DNA of 64,000 nucleotides from an uncultured Gammaproteobacteria bacterium (GTDB lineage: Bacteria; Pseudomonadota; Gammaproteobacteria; CAWCPV01), in contig CAWCPV010000014.1 of assembly GCA_963797555.1 (NCBI GenBank), forward strand, positions 96,001 to 160,000, given 5' to 3'. Of the stretch, positions 1 through 9,653 are shown one piece after another (the first letter of the stretch is position 1; the number at the start of each line of letters is the position of its first letter). Under the pieces are notes generated by a model. That model made no database searches, had not been told where the DNA came from, and saw only the letters and a list, made by a program, of their open reading frames with translations. A program made the position numbers and the translations under genes.

Positions 1-118
1 ATCTCGAGGGTTGGCGCCGCTACCTGTCAGCCGCGGGTTTCGTCGAACTTACCCACTATTACCGCCTGCCGCGCGAACGGCAACCGTGGCTGGCGAGCGT
101 CTGGCGCAGGCTCGCATC

Positions 119-874
119 ATGGTCGAGTCGCTGCTGCTGGCCGTGACCCGCGTCACGACGATGTTCGGGCAGCAACACCTGTCCAACGCGACCGGCTTCT
201 TCTTCGAGCGGGATGGCCGGTTGTTCCTGGTGACCAGCCGACACGTGGTGCTGGACGAGGCGAGCGATCATCGTCCGGACCGGCTGGAGATCGAGCTGCA
301 CGTGGCGCCGGAGAACGTGGCGATGACAAGGCAGTTCTCCATTCCGCTCTATTGGGACCGGAAGTCGATCTGGCGGGAGGCGCGCGACGCGGCCGGCACC
401 ATCGACGTCGTCGCCCTGGAGATCGAGCGCCCTGCCCTGCCGGAGACACTTCTTTATCATGCATTTGCGCCCGCTCACCTGGTCAAGCAGCTTGACCAGA
501 TCGAAGTGGGAACGTCGGTGCTGATCGCCGGTTTTCCGCTGGGCTTTCACGACACGCTGCATCGGCTGCCGGTCGCACGGCAGGCGGTCATCGCCTCGGC
601 GTTCGGGCTGCGGTTTCAGGGCCACGGATACTTCCTGACGGACGCGCGGATGCACCGCGGCACGAGCGGCGCACCGGTCGTCGCGCGAGAGCCGACTCAA
701 CGCGCCGGCCGGGCGGAGTTGCCGTGGGTGCTGCTCGGGGTCCACGCTGCCCGGATGGACGTAGCCAACCGTGACGCCCAGCAGGACGAACGGCTGAACC
801 TGAACTGCGCCTGGTACGCCGACGTGCTCCTGGCCCTCACGCAGGACGCCACGTTCGAGCGCGCCAGAGGATAG
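119..874 (+). CDS. Trypsin-like serine protease (Trypsin_2-type), cytoplasmic
   Basis: ATG at 119 in ORF 11..874. Motifs ATGFFF, LVTSRHVV (His), IDVVAL (Asp), GTSGAPV (Ser). Confidence 0.8.
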   Translation: MVESLLLAVTRVTTMFGQQHLSNATGFFFERDGRLFLVTSRHVVLDEASDHRPDRLEIELHVAPENVAMTRQFSIPLYWDRKSIWREARDAAGTIDVVALEIERPALPETLLYHAFAPAHLVKQLDQIEVGTSVLIAGFPLGFHDTLHRLPVARQAVIASAFGLRFQGHGYFLTDARMHRGTSGAPVVAREPTQRAGRAELPWVLLGVHAARMDVANRDAQQDERLNLNCAWYADVLLALTQDATFERARG

Positions 875-1156
875 CGGTGCCAGCCCAGCGCAAGCAGCGC
901 ATGGCGCGAGTGCTCACCGACGACGGTTTTTTCCAGGGAGGCCCCGGCGCCGTTTGCGCGAAGCGGCGGGGACGGCGCTGCAATCTCTCGCTGACCTCCT
1001 CGGCGAGGACTCCGGCCACACGGTCCCGGCGCCTTCGTGAAATCCGGGCTGGTCGTGGAGGGTTTGGCGCCCCTCCGCCGCGGGTGGGCTTTCCATACAT
1101 CTTTTTATCACGCAAAGAGCCCCTACTCTAGCGGAATGGACGAAGCCAAGCCCCTT

Positions 1157-1411
1157 TCACGCGCCCCCCAGGCCGCGGTAAGCGCGGTCCATCGCTTCGC
1201 ACAGTAAGGCGCGCCGCCACTTCTCATCGCCGACCGCCTCTAGCTCGGCGAAGGTGGCGTCGAGCAGCGGCCCGGCCAGCTCCCCCGGTGGCGTCTCGTC
1301 ACCGTAGAGGTAGCGCAGATAACGCCCGATCCTGAGCGCGCCTTCCGCCCGGGTGCGCGGTGGTGGCGGCTTCTTCCCCGCCCTGGTTGCCCGTCGTGCC
1401 ATGCCTGCCAT
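1157..1411 (-). CDS. Small hypothetical protein
   Basis: 84-aa ORF with a protein-like helical C-terminal half. No family recognised. Confidence 0.35.
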   Translation of the reverse strand: MAGMARRATRAGKKPPPPRTRAEGALRIGRYLRYLYGDETPPGELAGPLLDATFAELEAVGDEKWRRALLCEAMDRAYRGLGGA

Positions 1412-1448
1412 TACGCCAAGCCCTTATGCTTGTCTCCTGCCTTAACGA

Positions 1449-1461
1449 AATCAACATGTTA
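1449..1461 (+). promoter_or_regulatory. IHF-binding consensus site
   Basis: AATCAACATGTTA matches WATCAANNNNTTR exactly, in an AT-rich patch of GC-rich DNA. Confidence 0.45.
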
Positions 1462-1474
1462 TGTGTTAACAGGA

Positions 1475-1506
1475 AGCCGAGCAAAAGGGTTCCCTTTTGC
1501 TCGGCT
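1475..1506. repeat. Perfect 15-bp inverted repeat
   Basis: AGCCGAGCAAAAGGG-TT-CCCTTTTGCTCGGCT. Confidence 0.9.
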
Positions 1507-1592
1507 GTTTGCCATAGTGTTTTCATTGATCAGTGCGCGTTACTGTTATATACGACCCCCCTCGGCGTTCCGTGGTCCTGACCGCCCCCCGA

Positions 1593-2176
1593 TCATTGCC
1601 GCTCCGGCACAATGTTCATGGCGTCGTCGAAAGTGCCGTCCAACACGTTTTCGCGCCGATAATGTCGGGAGGCGAACATCTTGCGTGCACCGCTCAGCTC
1701 GTCGTAGCCGAAGACAAACACCCTTATCCAAGCATCCGACCCAAGGCTCAGAAGGTCAATCAGCTCGCACGCTCCCTCCGCGAGACGTTCACGAACGCCA
1801 TCTCCGTAGGCAGAGAGAGCGAAGCGCGGTGTCTTCTCTGCCTCGAGGAAGATCATTCGGCCCTTTTGCGGTGAAAGCAGCGGGAAGCGAGACCCGTCCA
1901 GGTGCAGATACGCGATCTCCCAGATTTCCGGACGGTTATGGTGAAGGCCCTTGACGTTGAGTTGGGCAATCACTTCAACGTCTATCACTCCACGCCGACC
2001 GGTGTTCATGACTTTCACTCTGTAGAGACGCCCGCACGGACTGTCGGGGTACGCAATGCGACTCACGGCCTCACTGAAAGCGATGTTGGGCACGAGAAGC
2101 CGGTAAACCACCCACCAGGCCGCGAGCGCCCCAGCACCCCGATGGGGATGCCCAGGATTATCCCTACAAAGTCCAT
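1593..2176 (-). CDS. Single-TM membrane protein with a domain resembling the Kir-channel cytoplasmic domain (1-nt frameshift near 2130)
   Basis: ATG at 2176 gives MDFVGIILGIPIGVLG. Restoring one G in a G-run joins it to ALAAWWVVYRLLVPNIAFSE... of ORF 1593..2276. Confidence 0.55.
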
Positions 2177-2391
2177 CGGCAGGCCCCCAACCAATGTGCG
2201 CACGAACGCCACACCTCTTTGTTGCTGGCGACCAGCATGCGAAAGCCGCTACGCTTCCCCTACCCCGGCTGCCCAAGCCGCTTTTTCAGCAGCCCGCCGC
2301 CGAGCCGCCGCGATGGCAAGCCACGCCAGCACGCGCACGACGCAGCTTTAACGACGACCTTGGTCACTAAAGTTCTTCAAGATGTCTATGG

Positions 2392-3082
2392 CTAATACCG
2401 AAGCGTCCGAAGCCACTCAATATGAGAGGCCAAGCCATCCAACCCAGGGAACATTGATGCTCGGGTTACTCCATACCTGTATAGAATAAATTTGAACTGA
2501 CGCCTAAAAGAGCTGGCAATGATGTATTTGTCAATCTTGTCCGATTCAAAAGGCTCCCTTCGGTTTAGGATAAATAGTAAATAGTCCAGCTTGGGATGTA
2601 ATTCGCTCCGTAATATGTGAGGGCGTGAAGCGTCAACGGTGTCGATCGCAAATGGGTCAGGATTCACCTCAAGATCGATAGGGGGGCCAATATCGTATGC
2701 GTATACCACACTGTCTCGCGCATGCTCTTCGGCAACTGCGAAGTATGCAGCGACTAAGGGATTTAGAGTCCAGTCTAGGAGTCGGGTTGGTAGGCCATGG
2801 TGTTGCGCCAGTGCGTAGCCAGATGCAAGTGGTCGAGCACGCTACTCGGAGATACGGTAGTGCATGGGCTCGAAAGCGATCAAAGATAACTCGCTCCTCG
2901 TGCGCAAACATCTTGCTCTTGTTGAGAAATTCAATGCGCCCAATCTTTGGAATAAGAAGGTAAGACGCGTCGCGTACTCCACGATAAGCGATAATACGTT
3001 TTCCATACGAAAGGATAGCTTCGTGAAACATGTTAAACGAGTCTATCAAGATCGTGCTGGCCACATATCCCTCGGACTTCAC
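2392..3082 (-). CDS. FRG domain protein (frameshift near 2815-2840)
   Basis: IAYRGV motif, then in the other frame [27 protein letters not shown] and C-terminal [15 protein letters not shown]-rich relative to the flanks. Confidence 0.85.
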
Positions 3083-3373
3083 CGAAACCTAACGCTGGAG
3101 TGAAAAGAGCGACCTTTGATCTGCCAACCGTCTTACAAGCGGTCGGCCATGTCCTCGCACGCAGCCTGGGGCTGGTCCCAACAGTCTAGCCCAATGCCCC
3201 GAATGCGGGTAGGTCGTGCGAAAGTGGCGCGCTGCCCGTGCCGGACGGCCAAGCGTGACGCTCGCAAAAATTCACCGGCGTATGGCCGGGTATGCTCACG
3301 AAAACTGGACGCGCCGGGTTTCCGGGGACACACTGCCTTTAAGCTCGTCGACCAATTCCCCTCCCGGCACCGG

Positions 3374-5659
3374 ATGAACCGACCACGCCTTTTTCTGTCC
3401 GCGGTCAGCGAAGAGCTACGCACGCCCCGCCAGGCTGTGGCCGCCACGGTCCGCACCCTAGGCTACGACGCTGTGTCGCAAGACAACTTCCCCACCGGGT
3501 ACGGCGAGCTGCGCCAATGGCTGCGCGAGCAAATCGATTCCTGCGAGGGCCTCATCCAACTCGTCGGCCATGGCTACGGGGCGGAGCCGCCCGAGGTGGA
3601 CCCCGACTACGGCCGTGTCTCCTACACCCAGCTCGAATTCCTCTACGCCCACCGCCACGGCAAGAAGACCTGGATAGATTCTGGTCGGCGAACAGTGCCA
3701 CCGCGACAAGCCGCTCGACCGGCTCGACCTGCCGCGTGAAGCTGTTCATGGTGACCCCGCCGGCTACCAGGCCGAGCGGCGAAAGCTCCAGCAGGACTAT
3801 ATCGCCCGCCTCAAACGGGAGAATCACCTCCGCCATACCGCGAACAACGACACCGAGCTGCAAAACATCGTCCTGCGCCTGCGCGACGAGCTTCGCGAGC
3901 TGCGGCGACAGTGGGAAGAGTGGCTGGCGCAGGATGCCGATTTCAAAGCGCGTACCACAGGCCGTCTGGACGAACTAGCCGAAGCGGCCCAGCTGACCAC
4001 CGAGAAAATCCGCGCTCACCTCCTGCGGACCACCGAGGAAACCCATCGCCGGGAGTTGGCTGAGGCCGAAGCAGCCACCGACTGGAAGGAGAGTCAGCGC
4101 CTGCGCGAAGCGGCTGAGACGGCCCATGCCGCCCGGTTGTCCGCATCGAGGACTTGGCCGCCTCCTTTGCCAGATCGAGGGTCGCGGCGCGGCCACCAGT
4201 GTATTCAAGCAGATGAGCCGCACCTTGAGCAAACAAGGCGTAGACGAGGCTATCCACTACGTAGCGACGCAACGCCCCTCCATCCTCCGGACCGTCCGTG
4301 CCCGCGCCGCTGCTGCCCGCGAGCGCAACCGCGGCGACCTCCGGCCCTTGTTGCGGATCGCCGCCCTGTATGAAACCAAGGGCGAGCCGGCCAAGGCGCC
4401 GCTCTCTTTATACCGACATCCTGGCCTCCTGAGCCGGATTGGCCGGAGGCCCTCCACGCTGCTGCCTTGTTCCTCGTCAGCCAGGGGGATCTCGCCTGTG
4501 TTCGCACCACCCTCGCCGATGCTCGGCGCGACTACGACGAAGCCTACCGCGTCGCCCAACGTCTCACCGCTGCCGATTGCACCAACACCCAATGGCAGCG
4601 CGAGCTTTCGGTCTCCTACGAGCGACTCGGCGACGTGGCGGCGGCCCAGGGCCAGATGAGGAGGCCGCAAGGCTTTACGGCGAGGACCTGGCAATCGCCA
4701 AGCGCCTGGCCGCGGTTGACCCCACCAACACCCGATGGCAGCGCGACCTCTCGGTGTCCTACAACAAGCTCGGCGACGTGGCGGCGGCCCAGGGCCACCC
4801 GGAGGAGGCCGCAAGGCTCTACGGCGAGGCCCTGGAGATTCGCAAGCGCCTAGTGGCGGCGGTTGACCGCACCAACACCCAATGGCAGCGCGAGCTCTCG
4901 GTCTCCTACGAGCGACTCGGCGACGTGGCGGCGGCCCAGGGCCAGATGGAGGAGGCCGCAAGGCTTTACGGCGAGGACCTGGAGATTCGCGAGCGCTTGG
5001 CCGCGGCTGACCGCACCAACACCCAATGGCAGCGCGAGCTATCGGTGTCCTACAACAAGCTCGGCGACGTGGCGGCGGCCCAGGGTCATCCGGAGGAGGC
5101 CGCAAGGCTCTACGGCGACGGCCTGGAGATTCGCGAGCGCCTGGCCGCGGCTGACCCGACCAACACCCAATGGCAGCGCGACCTCTCGGTGTCCTACAAC
5201 AAGCTCGGCGGCCTGGTGGCGGCCCAGGGCCACCCGGAGGAGGCCGCAAGGCTCTACGGCAACGGCCTGGAGATTCGCGAGCACCTGGCCGCGGCTGACC
5301 CGACCAACACCCGATGGCAGCGCGACCTCTCATTGTCCTACAACAACCTCGGCGACGTGGCCGCGGCCCAGACCCAAATGGAGGAGGCCGCACGGCTCTA
5401 CGGCGAGGGTCTGGAGATTCGCAAGCGCCTAGCGGCGGCTGACCCGACCAACACCCGATGGCAGCGCGACTTGTCGGAGTCCTACTGGAAGTTGGCCGAT
5501 CTGGCTGAACAGCAGAACAAAGCCGACGAAGCACGTGGCTACTGGAAGCAGGCATTGGATGTGCTCTCGGGCATCAAGGATCGGGGCCTGCACCTATCGC
5601 CGGAGGATCACCAGCGGCTGGAGACCCTCCGCCTGCGCGCCGGTGCCGCTGCGCCGTGA
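3374..5659 (+). CDS. DUF4062-like N-terminal domain + helical linker + TPR repeats (several 1-nt indels)
   Basis: [15 protein letters not shown]...[11 protein letters not shown]...VSYTQLEF. Indels near 3677, 4140-4175, 4400-4430 and 4657, the first and last confirmed against the paralog at 60158 and neighbouring repeat units. Confidence 0.75.
4581..5470 (+). repeat. Tandem 144-bp (48-aa) TPR-like coding repeats, about 6.3 units
   Basis: ACCAACACCC recurs at 4581, 4724, 4871, 5015, 5159, 5303 and 5447. Unit approx. TNT[QR]WQR[ED][32 protein letters not shown]. Confidence 0.95.
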
Positions 5660-5802
5660 CGCCCTGTGAGCGGCGCACGACGGCTACACTTCCGTCCCCC
5701 GCGGGCGTAGGGGTGCCAGCTTCGTATCCCGTCTCACCCCCTCGACTTCCCTTTCCTCCTGCCCTACTTCCTTTCGCCGGAGCCGTAGGAAAGGAAGCCA
5801 GG

Positions 5803-6300
5803 ATGCAGAAGGAGTTCAATTTCCGCTCGCTGATGGTCAAGGACCAGAACGGGAGATACCGCCCCGCCTCGGGCGATGAAATCATCGAGGCCGCCCTGGG
5901 GGAGATCAGGAAGCGGTTTGCCCGCGGCGCGGCCCTCACCTCGCCGCAGGCGGCAAGGGAGGCCATACAGCTTCGCCTCGCTCCCCTTCCGCACGAGGTG
6001 TTCGCGGTCCTGTGGCTCGACAACCGCCACCGGGTCCTCGCCTTCGAGGAGCTGTTCCGGGGCACGATAGACGGGGCGAGCGTGCATCCGCGCGAGGTGG
6101 TCAAGGCCGCGCTGCGCCACAACGCCGCGGCCTGTATCTTCGCCCACAACCACCCGTCCGGGGACCCCACCCCGAGCCCGGCCGACAAACAGATCACCCA
6201 AAGGCTCAAAGAGGCCCTCGGCCTGGTGGAGGTGAGAGCGCTCGATCACGTGGTCGTGGCCGAAACCACCTGTTCGTTCGCCGAGCTGGGGTTAATGTAG
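5803..6300 (+). CDS. radC: RadC-like JAB domain protein (short, mobile-element type)
   Basis: [54 protein letters not shown] precedes ATG 5803. Confidence 0.9.
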   Translation: MQKEFNFRSLMVKDQNGRYRPASGDEIIEAALGEIRKRFARGAALTSPQAAREAIQLRLAPLPHEVFAVLWLDNRHRVLAFEELFRGTIDGASVHPREVVKAALRHNAAACIFAHNHPSGDPTPSPADKQITQRLKEALGLVEVRALDHVVVAETTCSFAELGLM

Positions 6301-6309
6301 GAGGCCGCC

Positions 6310-6531
6310 ATGGATGACAAACCGGAAGTCATGAGCCCGGACATCTTGCAGTTTCATTGCGAGGAGCGCAGCAGGGAGCTTTACGCGGCCTTCGATGCGG
6401 TGCGCAGGCTCGACCCCGACGGCCAGGCCGCCGTGCTCAAGGCCCTGCGCGAGGAGCGCGACCTGCCGCTGCGGCAGGACCTGGCGCGCTATCGCCAGGC
6501 GCTCGCACTGGCGCTCGGCCGGGAGCCTTAG
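6310..6531 (+). CDS. Small hypothetical helical protein
   Basis: AGGAGG RBS directly after the radC stop; 73 aa. Confidence 0.5.
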   Translation: MDDKPEVMSPDILQFHCEERSRELYAAFDAVRRLDPDGQAAVLKALREERDLPLRQDLARYRQALALALGREP

Positions 6532-6561
6532 TACAAGGAGGCCGAGGCGGCCGCGCCCTTT

Positions 6562-7103
6562 TTACCCGTCTTCTTTTCCTGCCGCCTGCAGCGCGTTCTG
6601 CGCCGCTCTTGCCCGCAGCCATGCCTGTCCCCAACTGGCCACGAGCCACAGGACAAGGCTCGGCCCCACGATCAGCGCGAGCGACGCAGCGATCATCTTC
6701 CGTTGTTCCCGGCGGCGAACGCTGCGCCCAGTTGGCCGAGCATTCCCGCATCCTGGCCCAGGACATAAACGAAAAAAGCCGCCGTCACGCTCACGACCAT
6801 AACCCAGAGCATCAGCGCGTACTCGGCTCCATGAAAGGTTACCCTGAGCCATAGCGCGGGCTTTGGGCCGCTGCGCTTCGGCTGCCGCGGGCGCATCCAG
6901 TCTAGCGCCATCCACAGCACGAGGCCCGGCACCAACAGAGACAGCATAATCACGTGCTGGGTGTGCGTAGTTCCGGCACTTGCGTCCACTACCGCTTTCA
7001 GACGGTCAATGCTGTGCGCATCCTGGCGTATCAGAAAAACCAAACTCGCCGTCACCGCATGGACGACGCCGAGCCAGGCGGCCAACAGCAACGCCAGGGT
7101 CAT
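6562..7103 (-). CDS. Hypothetical multi-pass membrane protein (frameshift near 6700)
   Basis: Hydrophobic segments in ORF 6693..7190 from ATG 7103 continue as KMIAASLALIVGPSLVLWLV in ORF 6562..6915. Confidence 0.5.
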
Positions 7104-7485
7104 AAAGATTTGCCCGCGCCCACAGCGCAGGCTTCGGGATGGGAATGGCGGCCATGGCTCTCCTCTGTCTTGTCCCGTGCGTGCAAGCATATTCCGCCCC
7201 CCTTCCCCGACAATCTTCCTTTCCTACTGCCCTTTCCTGCTTCCTGCGGGGGAACGCCTTCCCCCTGGCCCGAGCCTGTAGTCTCGGGCGCACCCCCTTC
7301 TGCGGGGACACCCCGGAACGCTGCCATGGCGCGCGGCGTGGCGCACCACTGCGGTGCGCCAGCTCGCGACTTGCGTCGCCGTGAGAGGAATGCTTCCGCC
7401 AGCCGGGCGCATCTGCGCGCCGGGCTGGTGAGCTAACCAGTTGTAAATGCGGATAAACTGCTATAGGCGAGACCGCCCGGCGGTA

Positions 7486-7500
7486 TGGCACAAAGTTCGC
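7486..7500 (+). promoter_or_regulatory. Putative sigma54 (-24/-12) promoter
   Basis: TGGCACAAAGTTCGC (GG-N10-GC), 45 bp before ATG 7546. Confidence 0.5.
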
Positions 7501-7545
7501 ACGGCCCATGTTGCCGTATCTCTGTCTACAGGCCGTGAGGGAACG

Positions 7546-7722
7546 ATGGCAGGAAGTGGCCTGGGGTCGACTGCTGGCACAGGTTCGCGACCGTCGTCCT
7601 CGCGCGCCCAGGACGCTATGGAGCCATGCATGCTGCGCTTAGTGGTGGCACTCGGGTTGGGCACGGTTCTGCTGATCATCAGCATCACCGCCATCCTGCT
7701 CGGCATCGCAGAGCCGATCTGA
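7546..7722 (+). CDS. 58-aa small membrane protein
   Basis: GAGGGA RBS, one C-terminal hydrophobic helix (LRLVVALGLGTVLLIISITAILLGIA), upstream sigma54 motif. Confidence 0.4.
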   Translation: MAGSGLGSTAGTGSRPSSSRAQDAMEPCMLRLVVALGLGTVLLIISITAILLGIAEPI

Positions 7723-7937
7723 TCGCCGCGGCGGCGCCGTTCAGGCGCTGGGTCGCTTCGACAGCCCGGTCTACCGGTGCCCTTCTGACTCAGCCGGAAG
7801 GCCGGCCGGCAAGGCCGGGAGAGCGATCCTGCCGCGCGGTGCTGCGCTGGACTCGAGCGTGCCGAAAACAGGGCCGCCCTTCGGCGGGGCAGGGCCAGCG
7901 CGGGGGATTGCGACCGATCGAGGTTCCGCCTGCGTGC

Positions 7938-9563
7938 TTAGAGACGGGGACCGGCGTCCTGCAAGCGGCTGTCTCTCGGGAAGCGAGTGAAGTTCGTCAC
8001 GAATTTATGGATCAGCTCCCGCGCCTGGCGGTCGTATGCCGTCCTGTCACGCCAAACGTTGCGAGGATTCAGGATGTGGCTGTCCACGCCGCGAACGTAT
8101 TTGGGGACCTGTAGGTTGAGGCCAGGCAGAGCGTGCAACTCCACGTCCACGAGGTCCCCGCGCAGAATCGAGTGGATGAGCGTGCGGGTAGTGGCGATCT
8201 CGAAACGCCGTCCGTCCTCGTGGCCATAGCTTCCCCCCATCCATCCGGTGTTGACCAGATAGACCGGCGTCCCGTGACGCTGGATGCGCTCCATCAGGAG
8301 CTGCGCATACTCCTGGGGCCGTCTCGGGAAGAACGGGGCACCGAAGCACGCACTGAAGGTCGGCCGCACCTCCTTGAACTGTCCCACCTCGGTTCCCCCG
8401 ACCAGCGCCGTATAGCCGCTCAGGAAATGGTAGGCCGCCTGCTCCTTGGTGAGGACCGACAGAGGGGGAAGCACGCCGTAAAGGTCGCAAGTGAGAAAGA
8501 TGATCGCCCGCGGGTGCGTGGCGCGATTTCCCGGCATACGCATGTCGACGTAAGCACGCGGGTAGGCCACCCGGGTATTCTCGGTGATCGAGGCGTCGTC
8601 GTATCGCGGTGCATGGGTGATGGGGTCGAGGAGCACGTTCTCCATGATGGCCCCGAAACGGATGGCGTTCCAGATGACCGGCTCGCGCACGGGTGAGAGG
8701 TTGATGCACTTGGCGTAACAACCCCCTTCGAAGTTGAACACGCCGGCGTCGTTCCAGCCGTGCTCGTCGTCGCCGATGAGGAACCGGCCGGGATCTGCGG
8801 ACAAGGTCGTCTTGCCGGTCCCGGACAGCCCGAAGAAAAGGGCCACGTCACCATCCTCGCCAACGTTGGACGCGCAGTGCATGGGCAAGACTTCGTAGCT
8901 CGGCATGAGGTAGTTCATGACCGAGAACATGGCCTTTTTCATCTCGCCGGCGTATGGCATGCCGCAGAGCAGAACGCGCCGTTTGCCGGGGTGGATGACG
9001 ACGACACCGTCGCTCGCGGTGCGATCGCGTTTCGGGTCGGTCAGGTAAGAGGGTGCGGCGGCGATGGTCCAGTCCACGCGCGGCGGCAGCGCTGCCGCTT
9101 GGTGGATGAAGAGCTGACGCGCGAATAGGGCCTGCCATGCCGTCTCGCTCGTGACACGCAGCGAGAGGGTGTGATCGGGGTCGGCCCCGACGCGCGCGTG
9201 GGTAATGAACAGATCACGATCCCTGAGGTGGGCATGGGTGCGGGTCCAGAGCGCGTCGAACGCCCCCTCGTCGAACGGCTGGTTGATGGCCCCCCAATCG
9301 ATGTGGTCGGCGCTGCTGGGCTCGTGCACGATGAAACGGTCTTGAGGGGAGCGGCCGGTGCGTTTTCCGGTGGTGACCACGAGAGCCCCGTTTGACGCCA
9401 GGACCCCTTCTCCCCGCTCGATGGACGACGTGACCAGGCGGGGTACCTGGAGGTCGACATGGAAACGGGTCGAGTCGGCGAAGTGCGAGTCGGTGCCGTG
9501 CTCCCTATCGCCGCTGATTGGCTCGGGGGGTGCCGCGTCTGAACATGGGCGTGGACAGCTCAT
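7938..9563 (-). CDS. pckA: Phosphoenolpyruvate carboxykinase (ATP)
   Basis: TGRSPQDRF, YAGEMKK, FFGLSGTGKTTLS, LIGDDEHGW, FNFEGGCYAK. AGGAGG RBS. Confidence 0.97.
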   Translation of the reverse strand: MSCPRPCSDAAPPEPISGDREHGTDSHFADSTRFHVDLQVPRLVTSSIERGEGVLASNGALVVTTGKRTGRSPQDRFIVHEPSSADHIDWGAINQPFDEGAFDALWTRTHAHLRDRDLFITHARVGADPDHTLSLRVTSETAWQALFARQLFIHQAAALPPRVDWTIAAAPSYLTDPKRDRTASDGVVVIHPGKRRVLLCGMPYAGEMKKAMFSVMNYLMPSYEVLPMHCASNVGEDGDVALFFGLSGTGKTTLSADPGRFLIGDDEHGWNDAGVFNFEGGCYAKCINLSPVREPVIWNAIRFGAIMENVLLDPITHAPRYDDASITENTRVAYPRAYVDMRMPGNRATHPRAIIFLTCDLYGVLPPLSVLTKEQAAYHFLSGYTALVGGTEVGQFKEVRPTFSACFGAPFFPRRPQEYAQLLMERIQRHGTPVYLVNTGWMGGSYGHEDGRRFEIATTRTLIHSILRGDLVDVELHALPGLNLQVPKYVRGVDSHILNPRNVWRDRTAYDRQARELIHKFVTNFTRFPRDSRLQDAGPRL

Positions 9564-9653
9564 GGCGTGCCTCCTCTGCTTGGAGCTTGTGAAGAATTCG
9601 TCTTTAATTCACAGGCGCTGAGATTGCCGTGGGGTTCTCTGAACCATCGAGGC

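Noticed and set aside
1530-1560. dif-like site (AGTGCGCGTTA...)
   Set aside because: Only a partial XerC-arm resemblance; no TTATGTTAAAT XerD arm.
4581-5470. Regular repeats as a CRISPR array
   Set aside because: In-frame 144-bp coding units with no unique spacers; no cas genes.
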